Below, one piece after another: positions 1-12,482 of a DNA stretch of 64,000 nt. The stretch lies in NCBI GenBank assembly GCA_022813865.1, contig JALDZX010000020.1:310001-374000 (forward strand), in the 5' to 3' direction. Position 1 is the stretch's first letter; every line of letters starts with the position of its first letter. The translations under genes and the position numbers were made by a program. This DNA is from Xylographa opegraphella (lineage: Eukaryota). The notes below the pieces were generated by a model. That model ran no database searches and was not told the DNA's origin. It was given only the letters and a program-made list of their open reading frames with translations.

Positions 1-474
1 CTGAATGCGTGGCCTTTTCAGCTTGAAGCTAAGCCAATCGACGTTCTTCTCGTCGTCTGGCTGATGATATCTGGCAACCCGATTCTGATCCTTCGGTAAT
101 TTTGTCCAGGAGATCCGTCGTTTGTTCTAATGAGACATAGCCATTTCTCCCATTCATAAATAGCCTGCGTCCAATTCAACGTTTTGGGACCCCTTCTGGC
201 AGTCTCGGCTCCATGATCGGTTGCAGATGTACTAGTCCAAGCTGTTCAAGTCTGAAGAAACAAATGACCACACAAGCAGTCCACAAGCATCCAGCGACGG
301 CGATTGCGTCTGGCCACCTGGGACAACAGGAGCTGTGAGCGGAAATAAGAATGAGTTGGGTTATACCACATATGAATCGTACTTGGTGATAGTCAAATCG
401 TATTCTTTATCGCTGGTGTGCCTCCTCGTAGGTGACTGAGGTGAGACGGAAGCAGTCCTCGAGATCGACGCATT

Positions 475-1254
475 TCAGGCTTCTAGATCCTCGCGCGGCT
501 CCAAAGCCACAAGCATTGCCGAGCATTTCCTCCCTTCAAAGTCCCTACCTCGCTCCATCAACCTCTCTCGTAGGAAGGCATTGATCCCCTCTTCCACTCC
601 CTTATCCTTCTCCAAAACAGCATCCTCGTTCGTGCCTCCTTCTCCGTGTTCTCTCCTTATTCTCAACACTCTCAGCCGCTCGCAGTCTCGCACGCCCCAA
701 GCGCAGCTCTCCCACTCGGAATGCCTCGCTGTCGCAGGTGGATGTAGCCACAATTCCAGCTCCTCTAGCCTCTTCAGCGTAGATAGCATTTGCCATATCC
801 GCGCGTGCCGGTGCCGATATGGCATCCGGAAGGAGAGCCGCCGTATCTGATCCCGGCATCTGCTCGGGATAGCATCGAGGAAAGGAGGTAGCGTCGAGAG
901 ACTGAAGAAGAAGGTATTGCGACTGTAATATGTCTTCCAATTCTCATGATACAAAAAACGGCATGTCAGGAGCAAAGCGAGACGCGTTGTACCAACCGTG
1001 AAGATGTCTTCAGGGGGTGGTGTGGAAGGTGCCGGCGCCGGGATGGGTCCCATAGTCCGTGGCAGAGTTTTGGCCAAGGGCGGCGGGGAATGCCGATTGA
1101 ATCTGGGCTCATGGATGGTGATAGCAGAGCCTGAGAGGATAAGGTATGAGACTATCTGGGTGCGGATCTCTGGTGGGAGATCGAGTAGGGTGACGGTAGG
1201 TGGCGGCGTGTCGACATGGTGGATGCGGGACGGGCAGTGGGTGGTAAGCAGCAT
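475..1254 (-). CDS. F-box-like / DUF7730-like fungal protein (259 aa, single exon)
   Basis: ATG at 1254. N-terminal LLDLPPEIRTQIVSYLI is F-box-like. LALLLTCRFLYHENWKTYYSRNTFFF and IRRLSF are typical of this fungal family. Confidence 0.7.
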   Translation of the reverse strand: MLLTTHCPSRIHHVDTPPPTVTLLDLPPEIRTQIVSYLILSGSAITIHEPRFNRHSPPPLAKTLPRTMGPIPAPAPSTPPPEDIFTVGTTRLALLLTCRFLYHENWKTYYSRNTFFFSLSTLPPFLDAIPSRCRDQIRRLSFRMPYRHRHARIWQMLSTLKRLEELELWLHPPATARHSEWESCAWGVRDCERLRVLRIRREHGEGGTNEDAVLEKDKGVEEGINAFLRERLMERGRDFEGRKCSAMLVALEPREDLEA

Positions 1255-1905
1255 TGTTTCGGATTGATGAGAGAGCTTGAGGAGGGCGAGGATGATGCTG
1301 GGACGAGAGGACAGAACGACATGACGAGCGCACCCTGGCTATTTGTTGCTAGCTAGATGCAGTGCGAGGTGGACGGTGATCTTTTGGCGGTGTGACTTAG
1401 CTGACTGCCGATGGGATCGTGTGCGGTATGGGGATGCTGATGTCCGGCGAATCACAGGCGGTGAGGATGACTAAGCTCTCAACTGTTTTTGGCGAGAACA
1501 CCAGTAGCATTTGCTCGTAAGTACTACGTACATAGGTAGGTGGCGACTTACGAATAATATGGAAGTGTGACGGCTGTTTGCAGGAAGGAAGCCCCGAATC
1601 TGATAAAAAATGCCAGAGTCACTTAACTAGGTACGCAGTGGACAGCCTTTTCATCTCATCGACGTTGATGGCTACTTCCTCAACACAATTTTAGCACTTT
1701 TGCCACCCGGCGTGGAACGATTGTAAGTCGCGATGGGGCTTCAAGTGCTGCCGTCTATCGTGAACAGTTTTTTCCTAATACTATCTGCTCTTGTTGTTTC
1801 GTGCGAGATTATCTGGTTTGTTCAAGCTCCTTATCTTGTAGAGCTTCATCTATTTAATCTACATAAAGCTATTCTACCTAGTCCATTCCATTATCAACTT
1901 ATAAC

Positions 1906-3949
1906 ATGCAGCCGACGCTGTCCATTTTCAAGAAATTCCCCCCGGAACTCCTAGTGCTTATTATTGACCAGACCAGTGACTTGAGCACTCTTGACAGCTG
2001 GTGCGAAGCTACCATCTCCAATCTGCATCTTTACAGAAGTGCTGTGCGCAACAGATGGAGACAGGTAGTGATAAAGGATGACGATCTCGTCACAGATTCC
2101 ACGCACTCAAATGGATATGCGAATACTGATGGCAGAAGCCTATGCCAGCGGACAAACGAAAGACTGGTTGATAGACTTAGTCAGATCGACGCTCGCGGGA
2201 ACAGGATTGCAACTCATGTGAGACATCTTGTTCTGCGTTTCTTGTTCAGCTCCTTACCTTCGATGCGTCTGCTACACGACATGCGCCACCATCAACTGGT
2301 TCCCATGGAGGACAAGCTTAGAATTTCTTTCGTGATCCTCGCTCCGCACCTTATACATGTTCAATCCATTAAGTTAGACGCTGTAGTTCCACAGTCTCTC
2401 CTTGACCTCGTCCTTTTTCACCTCTCTGCATGTCTTACGTCGCTCAATATCCGAGCTCAGTACCGAAGTGGGAGTGTTTCTTTTGGAATCGGGTCCAGAT
2501 CTCGTGCCGAGTATCTCCAACTAGAAGGCCTCAGCTGCCTGAGTTGGTTACGAACTTTGAAGGTCCGGCGGCTAGCTCACGTAGAGGCATCCGGGCTTGC
2601 CAGGGCAATACAATGTCTCAGCTCACTGGAGTGCCTTTTCGTAGCAAGCAAGTCTGCCATAGATAATCCTCGCGATAGACGACTGGACTCGTCCCTAGGC
2701 ACTTTGCTTGCCTACATGTTCACTGCCAGGTATGGACTACCCACCAAACTCGTATCGTTCACATTGGTTGACGACGATTTCAAAAGGTATGAGTCTTTGA
2801 AAACTGGCTTACGTTTTATTCGAACAATAATTCTCCAAGTTTCACCTATCATGTTATGCAGGCCGAGATCTTCCATAGCTCAAGGAGACAAGACCATTCG
2901 TCGCCGGCTTGTTTTTGTGCTGATACTCTTACAGGCAAGGGGCGCCCGCTTTCGACCCTATTCCGTGTATTCAGTCCGCACCGCAATTGAAGCATATATG
3001 TGTCGATGTCGATAACCCATCTACCATTCAAGAGATTCTTCGATGCCTACCCTCGATCACGGTCGAAGTATTGTCTGTTCCCAGCGGGCTTCGTACAGTG
3101 CAGAATCCAGGTCTGGGCCAATTGGAAGAGTGTGATTACACACAGCATATCATTCGCTTCATTTACGGGCGGGCAGAACCCAGAAAGCTTAGCGAGATTG
3201 TGCTCCTTGCTGCGTGGGACGCTCATACCTGCTTGCCGACAAAGATAAACGTGGCTTGCGACGGGGAATACTCGATTTCCGAGGTTGTGCTTGGAACGAA
3301 GGAACCCGAGTTCTACGACTACGCAAAGAATTACTGTTTGTGGAAAACAATCGGATGGGGGGATATCAACACCATCCGGCACACCCTCTACGGCTACCGA
3401 TTCCCTGACTTGTTCGAACGGTGGGGACGTCAGGTAGAGCGGCTCCGGATCGACAGCGTCAACGTCGAGGCGCTCGACTCTGAGGAGATTGGCTATTTGC
3501 CAAGTAAGAAGAGCATGCGTATCCTGATGCTCTGCCCGCAGTCGTTCGGCAGCACCGCCATCCGGCCAGAAGAGCCTCCGAGCCTTGAGTCTTTCCCGGA
3601 AGGACGATTTGCTCTTGCGGTCGCCCAGTCCTGGTTCCCTTCCTTACGAGTCCTTGTGCTGAATGGCTATCGATTCTGGTTAGCACATTCTGACCCCGAG
3701 ACCCAATGTTCCGCCGCGGTCCAAGTGTGGAATTTCCTCGAAGCGCAGTTTGACGCCGTGCAGAGCGTTGCACTCCAGCAGTGGATCACTCCTCGCGATC
3801 AAAAGTTCCTGAGCGACGTATACCCATCCGGCGATGGGGTTGATCATGGGTCGGAATGGGAACAGTCGGATGTGAATCAGCCAAGTCTTACGGAGTTCCG
3901 GCTGCGGAACTTTATGGTTATGCTGCCCGTCGCAGGCGTGGGGCAGTAA
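1906..3949 (+). CDS. F-box/LRR-like hypothetical protein (~631 aa; exons 1906-2786, 2935-3949)
   Basis: N-terminal FPPELLVLII is F-box-like, followed by LRR-like segments (LSCLSWLRTLKV, LSSLECLFV, FPSLRVLVLNG). Intron 2787-2934 (GTATGA...GCTGAT...ACAG) joins the two long ORFs in frame. Confidence 0.7.
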
Positions 3950-5618
3950 TGAATGAACGGGCCACGATGAACTGAGACGAGTCAAGCAGGGTTACGTGAG
4001 GCGTGTATGGATGACGGATAGATGCATATAATTGAGGCTTGTTAAATTTACTTATATGTTATCATCGAGCTTGCCAGTACTCCGTATAAGCACGACGAAT
4101 TGGCGAAAGTGATCAGCCAATCGAATGCGTGCGACCGGGCGTCGGTGAAGACAGCGAGATCCAGCCAAAGACGAATGGGATCGACTCCTGGCGCTACTGC
4201 AGGGGTAGATGATTACCTTAAGCTTCGGCAATGATCGCGTCAAAGGTGCATGAGCCTGATGGTGGAGAGGGAAGCGAGGGCAGGGGGTGGGCAGGTCGCT
4301 CTACACTCTGCCGTTGGGTCGCATGAAGCAGGTGGAAGAGGCGTTGTCAATACGAAACACGACACCAATGAGGATCCTGCGGCCAGTCTGTAGATGCTGG
4401 TTGTCCATCGGGCATTTGCAGTGACCCGGTCATCCATACGGAAATGAAGCACGAGATGTCGCACACCGGTTCGCTGTCGTTTTTGAACCGGGGACGGAAG
4501 GTCGGAGGATAATAATAGACACCGTTCGTGACTCGTGACCGTTTACTCCGTATGGTTCTGCGTATATCTGCCATACGGAGATTGTTCCTGACTGTGCCGA
4601 GGCGTCGAATAAAAGACCAGCCAGCCAACGAGCCAAGAATGCGTCCAGTGCCTTAGTGATGAAGGCGGCCAATTTAAGATTAAAATCAATATTATCTAAA
4701 TCGGCAACTCGTCCCGCGCTCGACTGCTGATTGGTCGCTGCTCGGACCAACCTTTTTGCGCAGCTTAGCGGCATCGCTCGTGAATTGTGATCCCTGTGCT
4801 GGGAGTGGTCTAGCGCGAACCTTTCATGCATCGCGCACAACTCCCTTTGCCCTTGCCGCAAAGTTGGAAGGAAGCCCACTGGCTTTTTCCTCACCTCGTC
4901 GTCCCTTGCAGCCATTGCGAACCACCCACTCTGGCACGACGGTCTCTTCAATCTTTTTCCCTTCATCCCGTCGGTCGGTGGTCGTCTGCAGTGCGCCGAG
5001 TACAAGGCTTTGGCAGTCAACTTGCTGATGGCTGCGATGAGCTGATGGCCTCCAAAACACCCTGGTGGATGAACATCTTCGCACAATAACAAACCACCTA
5101 GAGTTGACCGTAGACCACCACGCTCCTTCCACACCACGCCAGCGAGTATGGCGACGACGAAGTCTTGACGGCGACACTCGAACATGCATCTTTAGTATCA
5201 CAGGTATGGAGAGTTTGAGCCAATGGAGCTTTATACTTCGTGGGATTGACGTTCGGTAGCTTCTTCAGCACATCTAGCCAGATCGATCTCGGCATCCACT
5301 CTTTCACCCATCCGTCAGTCATCTCACAGCGCACTCGGAGCTGATCTTCGACACGTACATCGCGGTACCGACTGCAGAACGCCCGACCGGCTATCTTGAT
5401 CGCATTTCAGCGTCCCTCACTACCACATATCAGCTCTCGCACAGCTTCGTGATCTCGCATTGGCCTTTCGGTCCTTCAAGCTGGTCAGCATCTATACACA
5501 TTGCTGTCTGGACAACAACAGCAAGTATACACAAAAGCGACAGGCATCGCCACAAACAGAGGACATTTTGCCCAATTATTTCAGAATCAGTAACATCTGC
5601 CTTGCAGCTCTTGTATCA

Positions 5619-7429
5619 ATGGAACATCGCTCCAAGCGGCGGAAGAGATGGGAAGAGATTGTCAATTTCTACGATGGCATTATGAACCATGGACCGAAAG
5701 CAACGGCCATAGTCAATACTGCTGTCGACGACCGTGACACTAAAAGCAGACCGTCGGTCACACTGCACCCACACGCCGTATCCGAGCGCATGGATCCTAA
5801 ACCTCTTCATGGCGCCTTGCGTCCTGAAATTCCTATATCGCCATCAAAATTTACAACTCCGCCGAGCAGACTCCAAAATCGGGGTGCCACAGACGTTCCA
5901 GCCGTCGAGACGGTGGTAACATCTGTGGTGGCCATCGTCTTCGAAAGCGGAAGTAGTCAGATAGCAGAGATTACACTTCCAGCTCTTCCCACTGTACCAA
6001 CAGTCGTCTCTTCTCCCTCCTATGGCCCTCTCACCGTCCCCGTGTTTCCTTCTTACCCAACTCAAACTATGCCGACTGTACCAGCGTATCCGTTTTCAAG
6101 CTCAGTCGTGCCATCGTCAACAGCAACGAGTCCGATGAGTATTCAGCTCCCGGGCGCTAGCTCGCAGATTGTCATGTCATCTCCACCGTCTACACCTCTA
6201 CCATCAGACTCAGCCATGTCATTGCCTTTGGTGTCAAGTACAAGTGGAAATATTGCTCCAGTTTCTACCGTGAGTCCTGCGGGTAATTTCAGCACCACTT
6301 GTAAGTTTCTGTAGTGAATTCTTTTCCAAGCGTCTTCTGATCATGTCTAGCATTCACATCAATTGAATCCGGAACTACGTCTCCGGGAACAACTACGCTC
6401 AGTTTGCCTTATTTTGCGGGGAATGGCACACGTAGTGCATTTAGTTCTTCCTTTCTCATGACTGCCCCCCGCACCAGTACATCCTTTTCAACATCGAGAT
6501 CTACCACGACTGAAAGCTTGTCGGGATCTGTCACAACATCTCATTCAATAACTCTTTCAAGTGCTTCTACAAGTAACACTGCATTAGGGGCTGGTGCTAC
6601 CGCTTCTCGTTCTGGAGGTCCTGCAAGCACCACAGCTGGCTCCTCAGCCTCATCATCTGCAGCCGCTGGCGCCGTAGCAAACCAGAGCTCATCACCGGCA
6701 ACTCCAGCAGTCGTTGGAGGTGTGGTTGGTGGAGTTGCGGGTTTTACAATCGTATTGGTTTTTCTTCTTATCCTACTTCGTTGGAAGCGGAGAAGAATGC
6801 TCAATCAGCAGCTTCGTGACGAAGACCCTGAGTTTGCACCACCTGGCACAGCCCAGTCAGGCATGGCAATGGCAGAAAGTGCCGCTCCGCTTGCCGGTAC
6901 TGGTTTATTACCATTTTTTCGACGCCTCCGCCCTCATTCAGGTCAGACAATTGCAACCACGGCTACAACAACTTCTACAGAACGTGGGTTCCAAAATCTT
7001 GGAGGCCGGAAGATAGAGTCGGTCTTGGTATCAGGTGGCGATGGATATGGCGGTCTGGCTCCCAACGCCGCAGCGAATCTATCAACTACTTCCTTCTACC
7101 GCGATGCTCAAGGAAACACGTATGGTGGAACGGGCTCGACTCCATCCTCAATGTATGTGGGTCCAGGGTCGCCGCCCGCTTCTCCACGTCGGCCGCCTGC
7201 AGGTGCCAGTGTGCATCCTGACCTTCGAGCGTCTGACAAAGAGGTTGCCGTCATGAGATCAGGTCCTGCCAGGACTCCGGTCACAACTCGAGGCTTCGAC
7301 TCGCCTCCACGACCTGTACCAAGTTCTGGACAGATGCCACCACCCGTCATACGTCCAGATGCAATCGGACGCAGCCACCCCAGTCTCGACGGCTCTCGTG
7401 GCTCAAAGTTTGCAGAAGATCTAACGTGA
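5619..7429 (+). CDS. Ser/Thr/Pro-rich single-pass membrane protein (Mid2/Skg6-like architecture); exons 5619-6300, 6351-7429
   Basis: Intron 6301-6350 (GTAAGT...CTGAT...TAG) restores the frame. An S/T-rich ectodomain precedes the TM helix VVGGVVGGVAGFTIVLVFLLILL, followed by basic RWKRRR. The tail has ERGFQNLGGRKI and DGSRGSKFAE. The start codon is uncertain and no obvious signal peptide is seen. Confidence 0.75.
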
Positions 7430-8802
7430 CACTTGTCCACCGAGTGTGCCCTGGCCTTTTTTACGTCCCTCTTTGTACTCAAGCTAGGAAACCTGTAATT
7501 CTTTTGTATCTGGTTGCGAGCTCGATGCAAAACACTGGCACGGCATAGATTTCACGGCGACCTGCCTTCTGCTCTTTGACGGATCTTCATCTCTTTTGTT
7601 GTACTACAGCCGGCGAATACGGCTTCATCCTCCTCGGCCTCACGTATCTCATGTGTAACGTCCTGGCTTCGGCCTTTCTCTGATACCAGTCTCCTCGTGT
7701 CTTCCATGGCGGACGAGCAAGCGCACGGCGGAAGGGATTCCAATGGCTTCGAGCGCTTCTTACGGTCGAACGTCCCGCCATATCTATGTCTTTGTAATTA
7801 TAATACTTTTTCCGCCTTCGACGCGGACGAGGCGCGTGGGGTTGCAGCTTTTTCCGGGGGACGATGGATAGGTCCTCTAGGGTGCGGGAACGGCTCCGGT
7901 AGACCAGATAGACCGAGCTTGTGGGGTGCATGGGATAAGGGCTGCCGGCTTCGGTGGAGGGGTTACCTATCACAGTGTTTACTCCGTGAATTTTAAACTT
8001 AATAAGTTTGATCTCGCGTGCTGTTTGTCCGACGCGGATTCATCGGTCTCGCTCTCCCGTCTGCGGTCAGGCAGAAAGGGCCGGCTCCGTAGCTTAGGTA
8101 CCCACACACCACCCTACCCTAGCCATCAGCCACCTCTTCCCTTCCCTCCCATCCTCGCCATCGTGCACTCCATCGTCTAACCCCCCTCGCCTATCCGCAC
8201 ACCGTTCCGACGTGCGCGGGATGCTCCGCCGTGAAAGATATCCGCCAACCCAACCTAACCCAACCCAACCCCGCCCGGAAAGCACAGCGTGACGACCACG
8301 CCCCTCAATCCCCTCGTCTTCCGTGAACGCCAGATGGGGGTGGTTGGAATGCACTACACAACCCAAGCCAGGGCCCACGTGTCTATGACCTATTCACGGG
8401 CATCGATCACCGTTAGCCATCCTTGGTGCGTAGTTCCTTCAGACGCAGAAGCGACGGCGCAGCTTCCTAGAGCACGAGCTCGGTTTCGGCCAGAGACGCC
8501 TTTTCGTTTTGATCAAAAGGGGATGTAGCGAATAGCGCGCGCTGGGGACGGGGGTTTTCTTTGGTTCGTTGGATTCGAACGGCGCGTCTTGTGGGATGAT
8601 GGGCGCTGGGGTATTGAAGGCCTTGGGGAGCTGGAATAGTAGAGTGGGGAGAGAAGGAGGTAGTGAGACGGTGGGCGAAGACTGCCGCTAGGAGGTAGCT
8701 GTTGCTTGCGAGCACGGTTGGCAGTAGTGAGGCGATGCGAGCCCTGAGGTTTCAATGGCGTTCCGGCCATATCAGCCTGGAAAGCAGTCAGCACTCATTG
8801 CC

Positions 8803-9777
8803 TCAGGAAGGAGACGAGATAGCCCCACCGTCGCCGTATAGGATCTCGCAGACGCCTCCGACCGGCACGTCCATCACGGCGTCCGTGCCCTCGCTCCACC
8901 TCGCCGCCCACTTCCCCTCCCCCTCCCCCTCCCACACCGCCTCCACCCTCTTCTGCTGCTGCGCGCCGCCACCTCCCTTCCCCTTCCGCACAATGCGACC
9001 CCGCTCATCCAGCACGGCGACATCGGCCGCCTCGTCCACGATATTCTCGACGCTGCACAGCGGCAGCGTCAGCGTGCCGGTGTTGTAACCCGCCAGCGCG
9101 ACGTAGATGTAGACGATGAGCACGACCAGCTCGGCCGGGATGGCGAGCGCCCACCACCGGTTGGGGTAGTAGTCGATGCCCAGCTGGTGCAGGAAGGGCG
9201 ACGGCAGGTACGCCCACAGCACGTACATGACGAAGCCGACGCTGCTGCCGACGTACAGCACGAAGCCGTAGTATTCGTACGTCGGCACCTTGGGCGACGC
9301 GCGCGGCACGGCGACGGCGCTGCGGGCCGATTTTGCGATCGCGGCGGAGGTGGAGGTCGGGGTGTCGGCGTCGGAGGAGTCGGGTGTCGTGGGCCGGGAG
9401 GTCGTGGTCGAGAAGGGGGGGCGGAGGAGAGAGGTTAGGGAGGGGGAGGGGGGGAGGGGGGTTGGGGGCCGGTTGTAGAAGGGCGGGAAGAAGGGGTGGG
9501 AGGTCGAGTGTGAGAGGAAGGGGCGGGGTTGGGGGGGCGATGAGGAGGTGCTGGAGGATGCGGAGGAGGAGGGCGAGTGCGAGTGCGAGTAGGCCCGTGG
9601 GAGGGGCGAGGGTGAGTCGCCGTTGTCGGAAGTGGAGGCGGGGGAGGAGGTTGTGGTCGTCGTCGTCGTCGTGATAGTGGAGGAGGGCGGCGAGAGGGTA
9701 TGAAGGCTGCGCTCTTCCGGCATCATGGCCAGCTCGGTACGGAAGTGCGAGCTGGATCTGCTTTGCGGGGGCGCCAT
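8803..9777 (-). CDS. GPI19: GPI-GlcNAc transferase subunit PIG-P/Gpi19
   Basis: PIG-P motif PTYEYYGFVLY...YVLWAYLPSPFLHQLGIDYYPNRWWALAIP and C-terminal DAVMDVPVGGVCEILYG. The first ATG is at 9777; the ORF-track start at 9834 is GTG. Confidence 0.9.
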   Translation of the reverse strand: MAPPQSRSSSHFRTELAMMPEERSLHTLSPPSSTITTTTTTTTSSPASTSDNGDSPSPLPRAYSHSHSPSSSASSSTSSSPPQPRPFLSHSTSHPFFPPFYNRPPTPLPPSPSLTSLLRPPFSTTTSRPTTPDSSDADTPTSTSAAIAKSARSAVAVPRASPKVPTYEYYGFVLYVGSSVGFVMYVLWAYLPSPFLHQLGIDYYPNRWWALAIPAELVVLIVYIYVALAGYNTGTLTLPLCSVENIVDEAADVAVLDERGRIVRKGKGGGGAQQQKRVEAVWEGEGEGKWAARWSEGTDAVMDVPVGGVCEILYGDGGAISSPS

Positions 9778-10292
9778 GGTGGTTGGGGTTGGGTGTTCGG
9801 GTTGTGTCCTCTTCAGTCGAGCCTCATCATTCACACGTACTAGCTCCTGAAGAGCCGTTCTCCGCCGATTTCATTGCGCGCGCCCTGTGTTGACACTCGC
9901 ACAGACCACGCTGGCAGCTTAGTAATCATCGAGCCGCATTCCATCTCCCGGACGCACTTCCGGCCTCTTCGCCTTTTTGATTGGCCCACCTTCCGCTCCC
10001 AAGTCTCGGGAAATGTTCCTGCTGAGATCTGCCAATTGGTGGACGCAGTCTTGCTCTCTTCGCCTACGGATAAGAGCCATGACCCTTGTAAGCCCTACTT
10101 GGCAGGCTAGAGGTGGGGGAATGCCTTCAATATTTTCGTTTGTCAATCGAGATATTCTCTTACTGCTCCGCGGGTGCCCGAAGAAGAGTCCAGTTTTCCA
10201 TATCAACCAGCTTTTCTAAGCCTTCCAGCGTACCCATTGCATTGGCTCTTCACCGCTGTCCGTTTGTTGTCCCATTATAAGTGACTGTCACG

Positions 10293-11797
10293 ATGCTGTC
10301 TCAAGCTCTCCTCCTGGCCTGCGCAGCGTTGCCCCTCGCTCAAGCCGAGACGGTCCTTGGTCTATACATCTTCCACCGCCATGGCGACCGTACTGCCAAA
10401 GCCACTCCTCCAGCCAACCTCACCAATCTCGGATACCAGGAAGTCTTCACCTCCGGCACCTGGTTCCGTGATCAATATGTGTCCTCGAACGCCGCTTCGC
10501 GGATCTCGGGAATCGAGCCCGATCTTGTCAAGCTGAGCCAGCTCTCAGCATCCGCACCCCTCGACAACGTCCTGCAAAGCTCCGCCATTGGTTTCCTCTC
10601 CGGGCTCTACCCACCCGTCGGGTCCGGCATGGACACTCAGACATTGAGGAATGGCACTGTGGTGACGGCACCGCTGGATGGCTTCCAGCTCATCCCGGTG
10701 GAAATCGCGACTTCTGGTGACGATAGCGAGAACTCATCCTGGCTGCAGGGCTCGTCAAACTGCGCGGCCGCGACAACCAGCTCGAACGAGTACTTCTACA
10801 CGTCCGACTACAAGGACCTTCTGGACGGCACGATGGACTTCTACCAGGGCCTACTGCCCATGATCAACGGAACATTCAACGCCGCCACTGCGACCTACAA
10901 GAACGCCTATACCAGTTCGTTCTGCCCCTTCTTCCCTTCACTGATGCTTACACTGACTAAAACATCCCAATAGTCTTCGACCTCCTCAACGTCGCCTCCA
11001 TTCACAACACCACCAACTTCCACGCCTCCGACCTCCTCACCCCATCCACCTTCTCCCAGCTCCGCACCCTCGCCGACCACCACGAATGGAACCTCGCCTA
11101 CAACGCCTCGTCCCCCGTACGCGCCATCCAAGGCGCCACCCTCGCCGGCCAGATCCTCCAAGCCCTCAACGCAACCATCACCGCCCCCTCCTCGGCCCCC
11201 AAACTCAACGTCCAATTCGGCGCCTACGGCTCCTTCACCTCCTTCTTCGGCCTCGCCGGCCTCCTCCCCGTGGCGACCGACTTCTACGGCGTGGCCGACT
11301 ACGCCTCCGCCATGGTCTTCGAGCTCGTCACCAACAGCTCCGCCGCCCCCTTCCCCGCCCCGCAGGACATCGCCGTGCGCTTCCGCTTCCACAACGGCAC
11401 CACCAGCAACGGCAGCGCCCCCGTCGCGTACCCGCTCTTCGGCCAGCAGGCTACCGTCCTGCCGTGGGTGGACTTCGCTGCCCACATGAGCGCCTTCGCC
11501 GTCGGCTCGCAGGCCCAGTGGTGCAGCGCGTGCGGGAACACCACCGGCGTGTGTGCGACATCGTCGTCCGCGTCCGATAATTCCACGACCTCCGGGCAAG
11601 GGACCGCCGCGGCGGTGGGCACTGGAAGCGGCATGTCGACCGCCGTGGCGGGCGTCGTCGGCGCGATGGTGACGCTGGCGGTGATCTTGCTGCTGGAGGG
11701 TCTCGTCCTCGTGCTCGGTGGGCTGCGGCTCGTAAACAAGAAGCGACTGGCGGCGGCGGCGTCGCCAGCGGCAAGCACGATGGGCGGGAAGGCATAA
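10293..11797 (+). CDS. Histidine acid phosphatase-family type I membrane protein (481 aa; exons 10293-10914, 10974-11797)
   Basis: Signal peptide MLSQALLLACAALPLAQA and RHGDRT motif. Intron 10915-10973 (GTTCGT...CTGAC/CTAA...TAG). C-terminal TM helix followed by a basic tail. Confidence 0.85.
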
Positions 11798-12482
11798 TAA
11801 AAGCGGAACGATTCGGCACATGCAGTAACGTGACCGCAAGTTGGAGGACGAGAGAAATGGAATGAAACGCATGTATACGAGCGCTCCGAGACGAACGGAG
11901 ATTTATTAACTACGACTTGAATCTGCGATTGCGATGACCAATAGCCGCCTGCCCCAGAGTAGTGCAGAGGAAGAGGAGAAGTATAGGTACAGGCTGCGCC
12001 CCCGCGGCAGCTATGCATTGGTATCAAGTATCACTACACGTATCGCCCTAGCTCTCGATGCTCTTCTGTCCCACGTGCCACTCTCTCTTCCTCCGTCCCT
12101 CCCCTCCCCCACTTCCCTCCTTGCCCGCTATCTGAGCCCGCCGGTAATTATGAACAACATACAAGAAGTCAATGGACTATTGTCCGTGCCCGTTGCCCTA
12201 CACACTGCCCCGCGTAGATGAATCCCGCGCCATGCAACGCATGCTCGATGCTATTGGTATCGTAGTGGTGAAGAACTGCCCCCGACGATAGCAGCGCAAG
12301 TATACAACAAAAAAAAACAGCAGAAGCGCGGAATGGCCCTGCGGCACGACGTCCGCCGGGACAGCGGCCGCTTGCCAAGAATACAAGGTGCTCGTGGAGC
12401 TTCACGCCCAATGCGCAATGTGAAAAGGGCGTCTGGTGGCGGGGAAGCGTGGGGTAGGAGGCTTCCGCGTGTGGGGGGTAGA

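Noticed and set aside
1..130. Open minus-strand frame running off the window edge (NKRRISWTKLPKDQ...)
   Set aside because: Too short, with no recognisable motif or supported upstream exon.
2839..2990. Apparent frameshift between the two F-box/LRR ORFs
   Set aside because: Resolved by intron 2787-2934, which has a branch point and the correct phase.
4430..5185. 251-aa minus-strand ORF
   Set aside because: No motif and non-protein-like composition. It lies in the upstream region of the 5619 gene.
7552..7996. Overlapping short ORFs downstream of the membrane protein gene
   Set aside because: No motifs or consistent splice structure.
10907..12027. Long antisense ORFs over GC-rich CDS (also 21285-22205, 35782-36564, 37168-38424, 56027-57013)
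   Set aside because: Shadow ORFs caused by high GC3 on the real coding strand.
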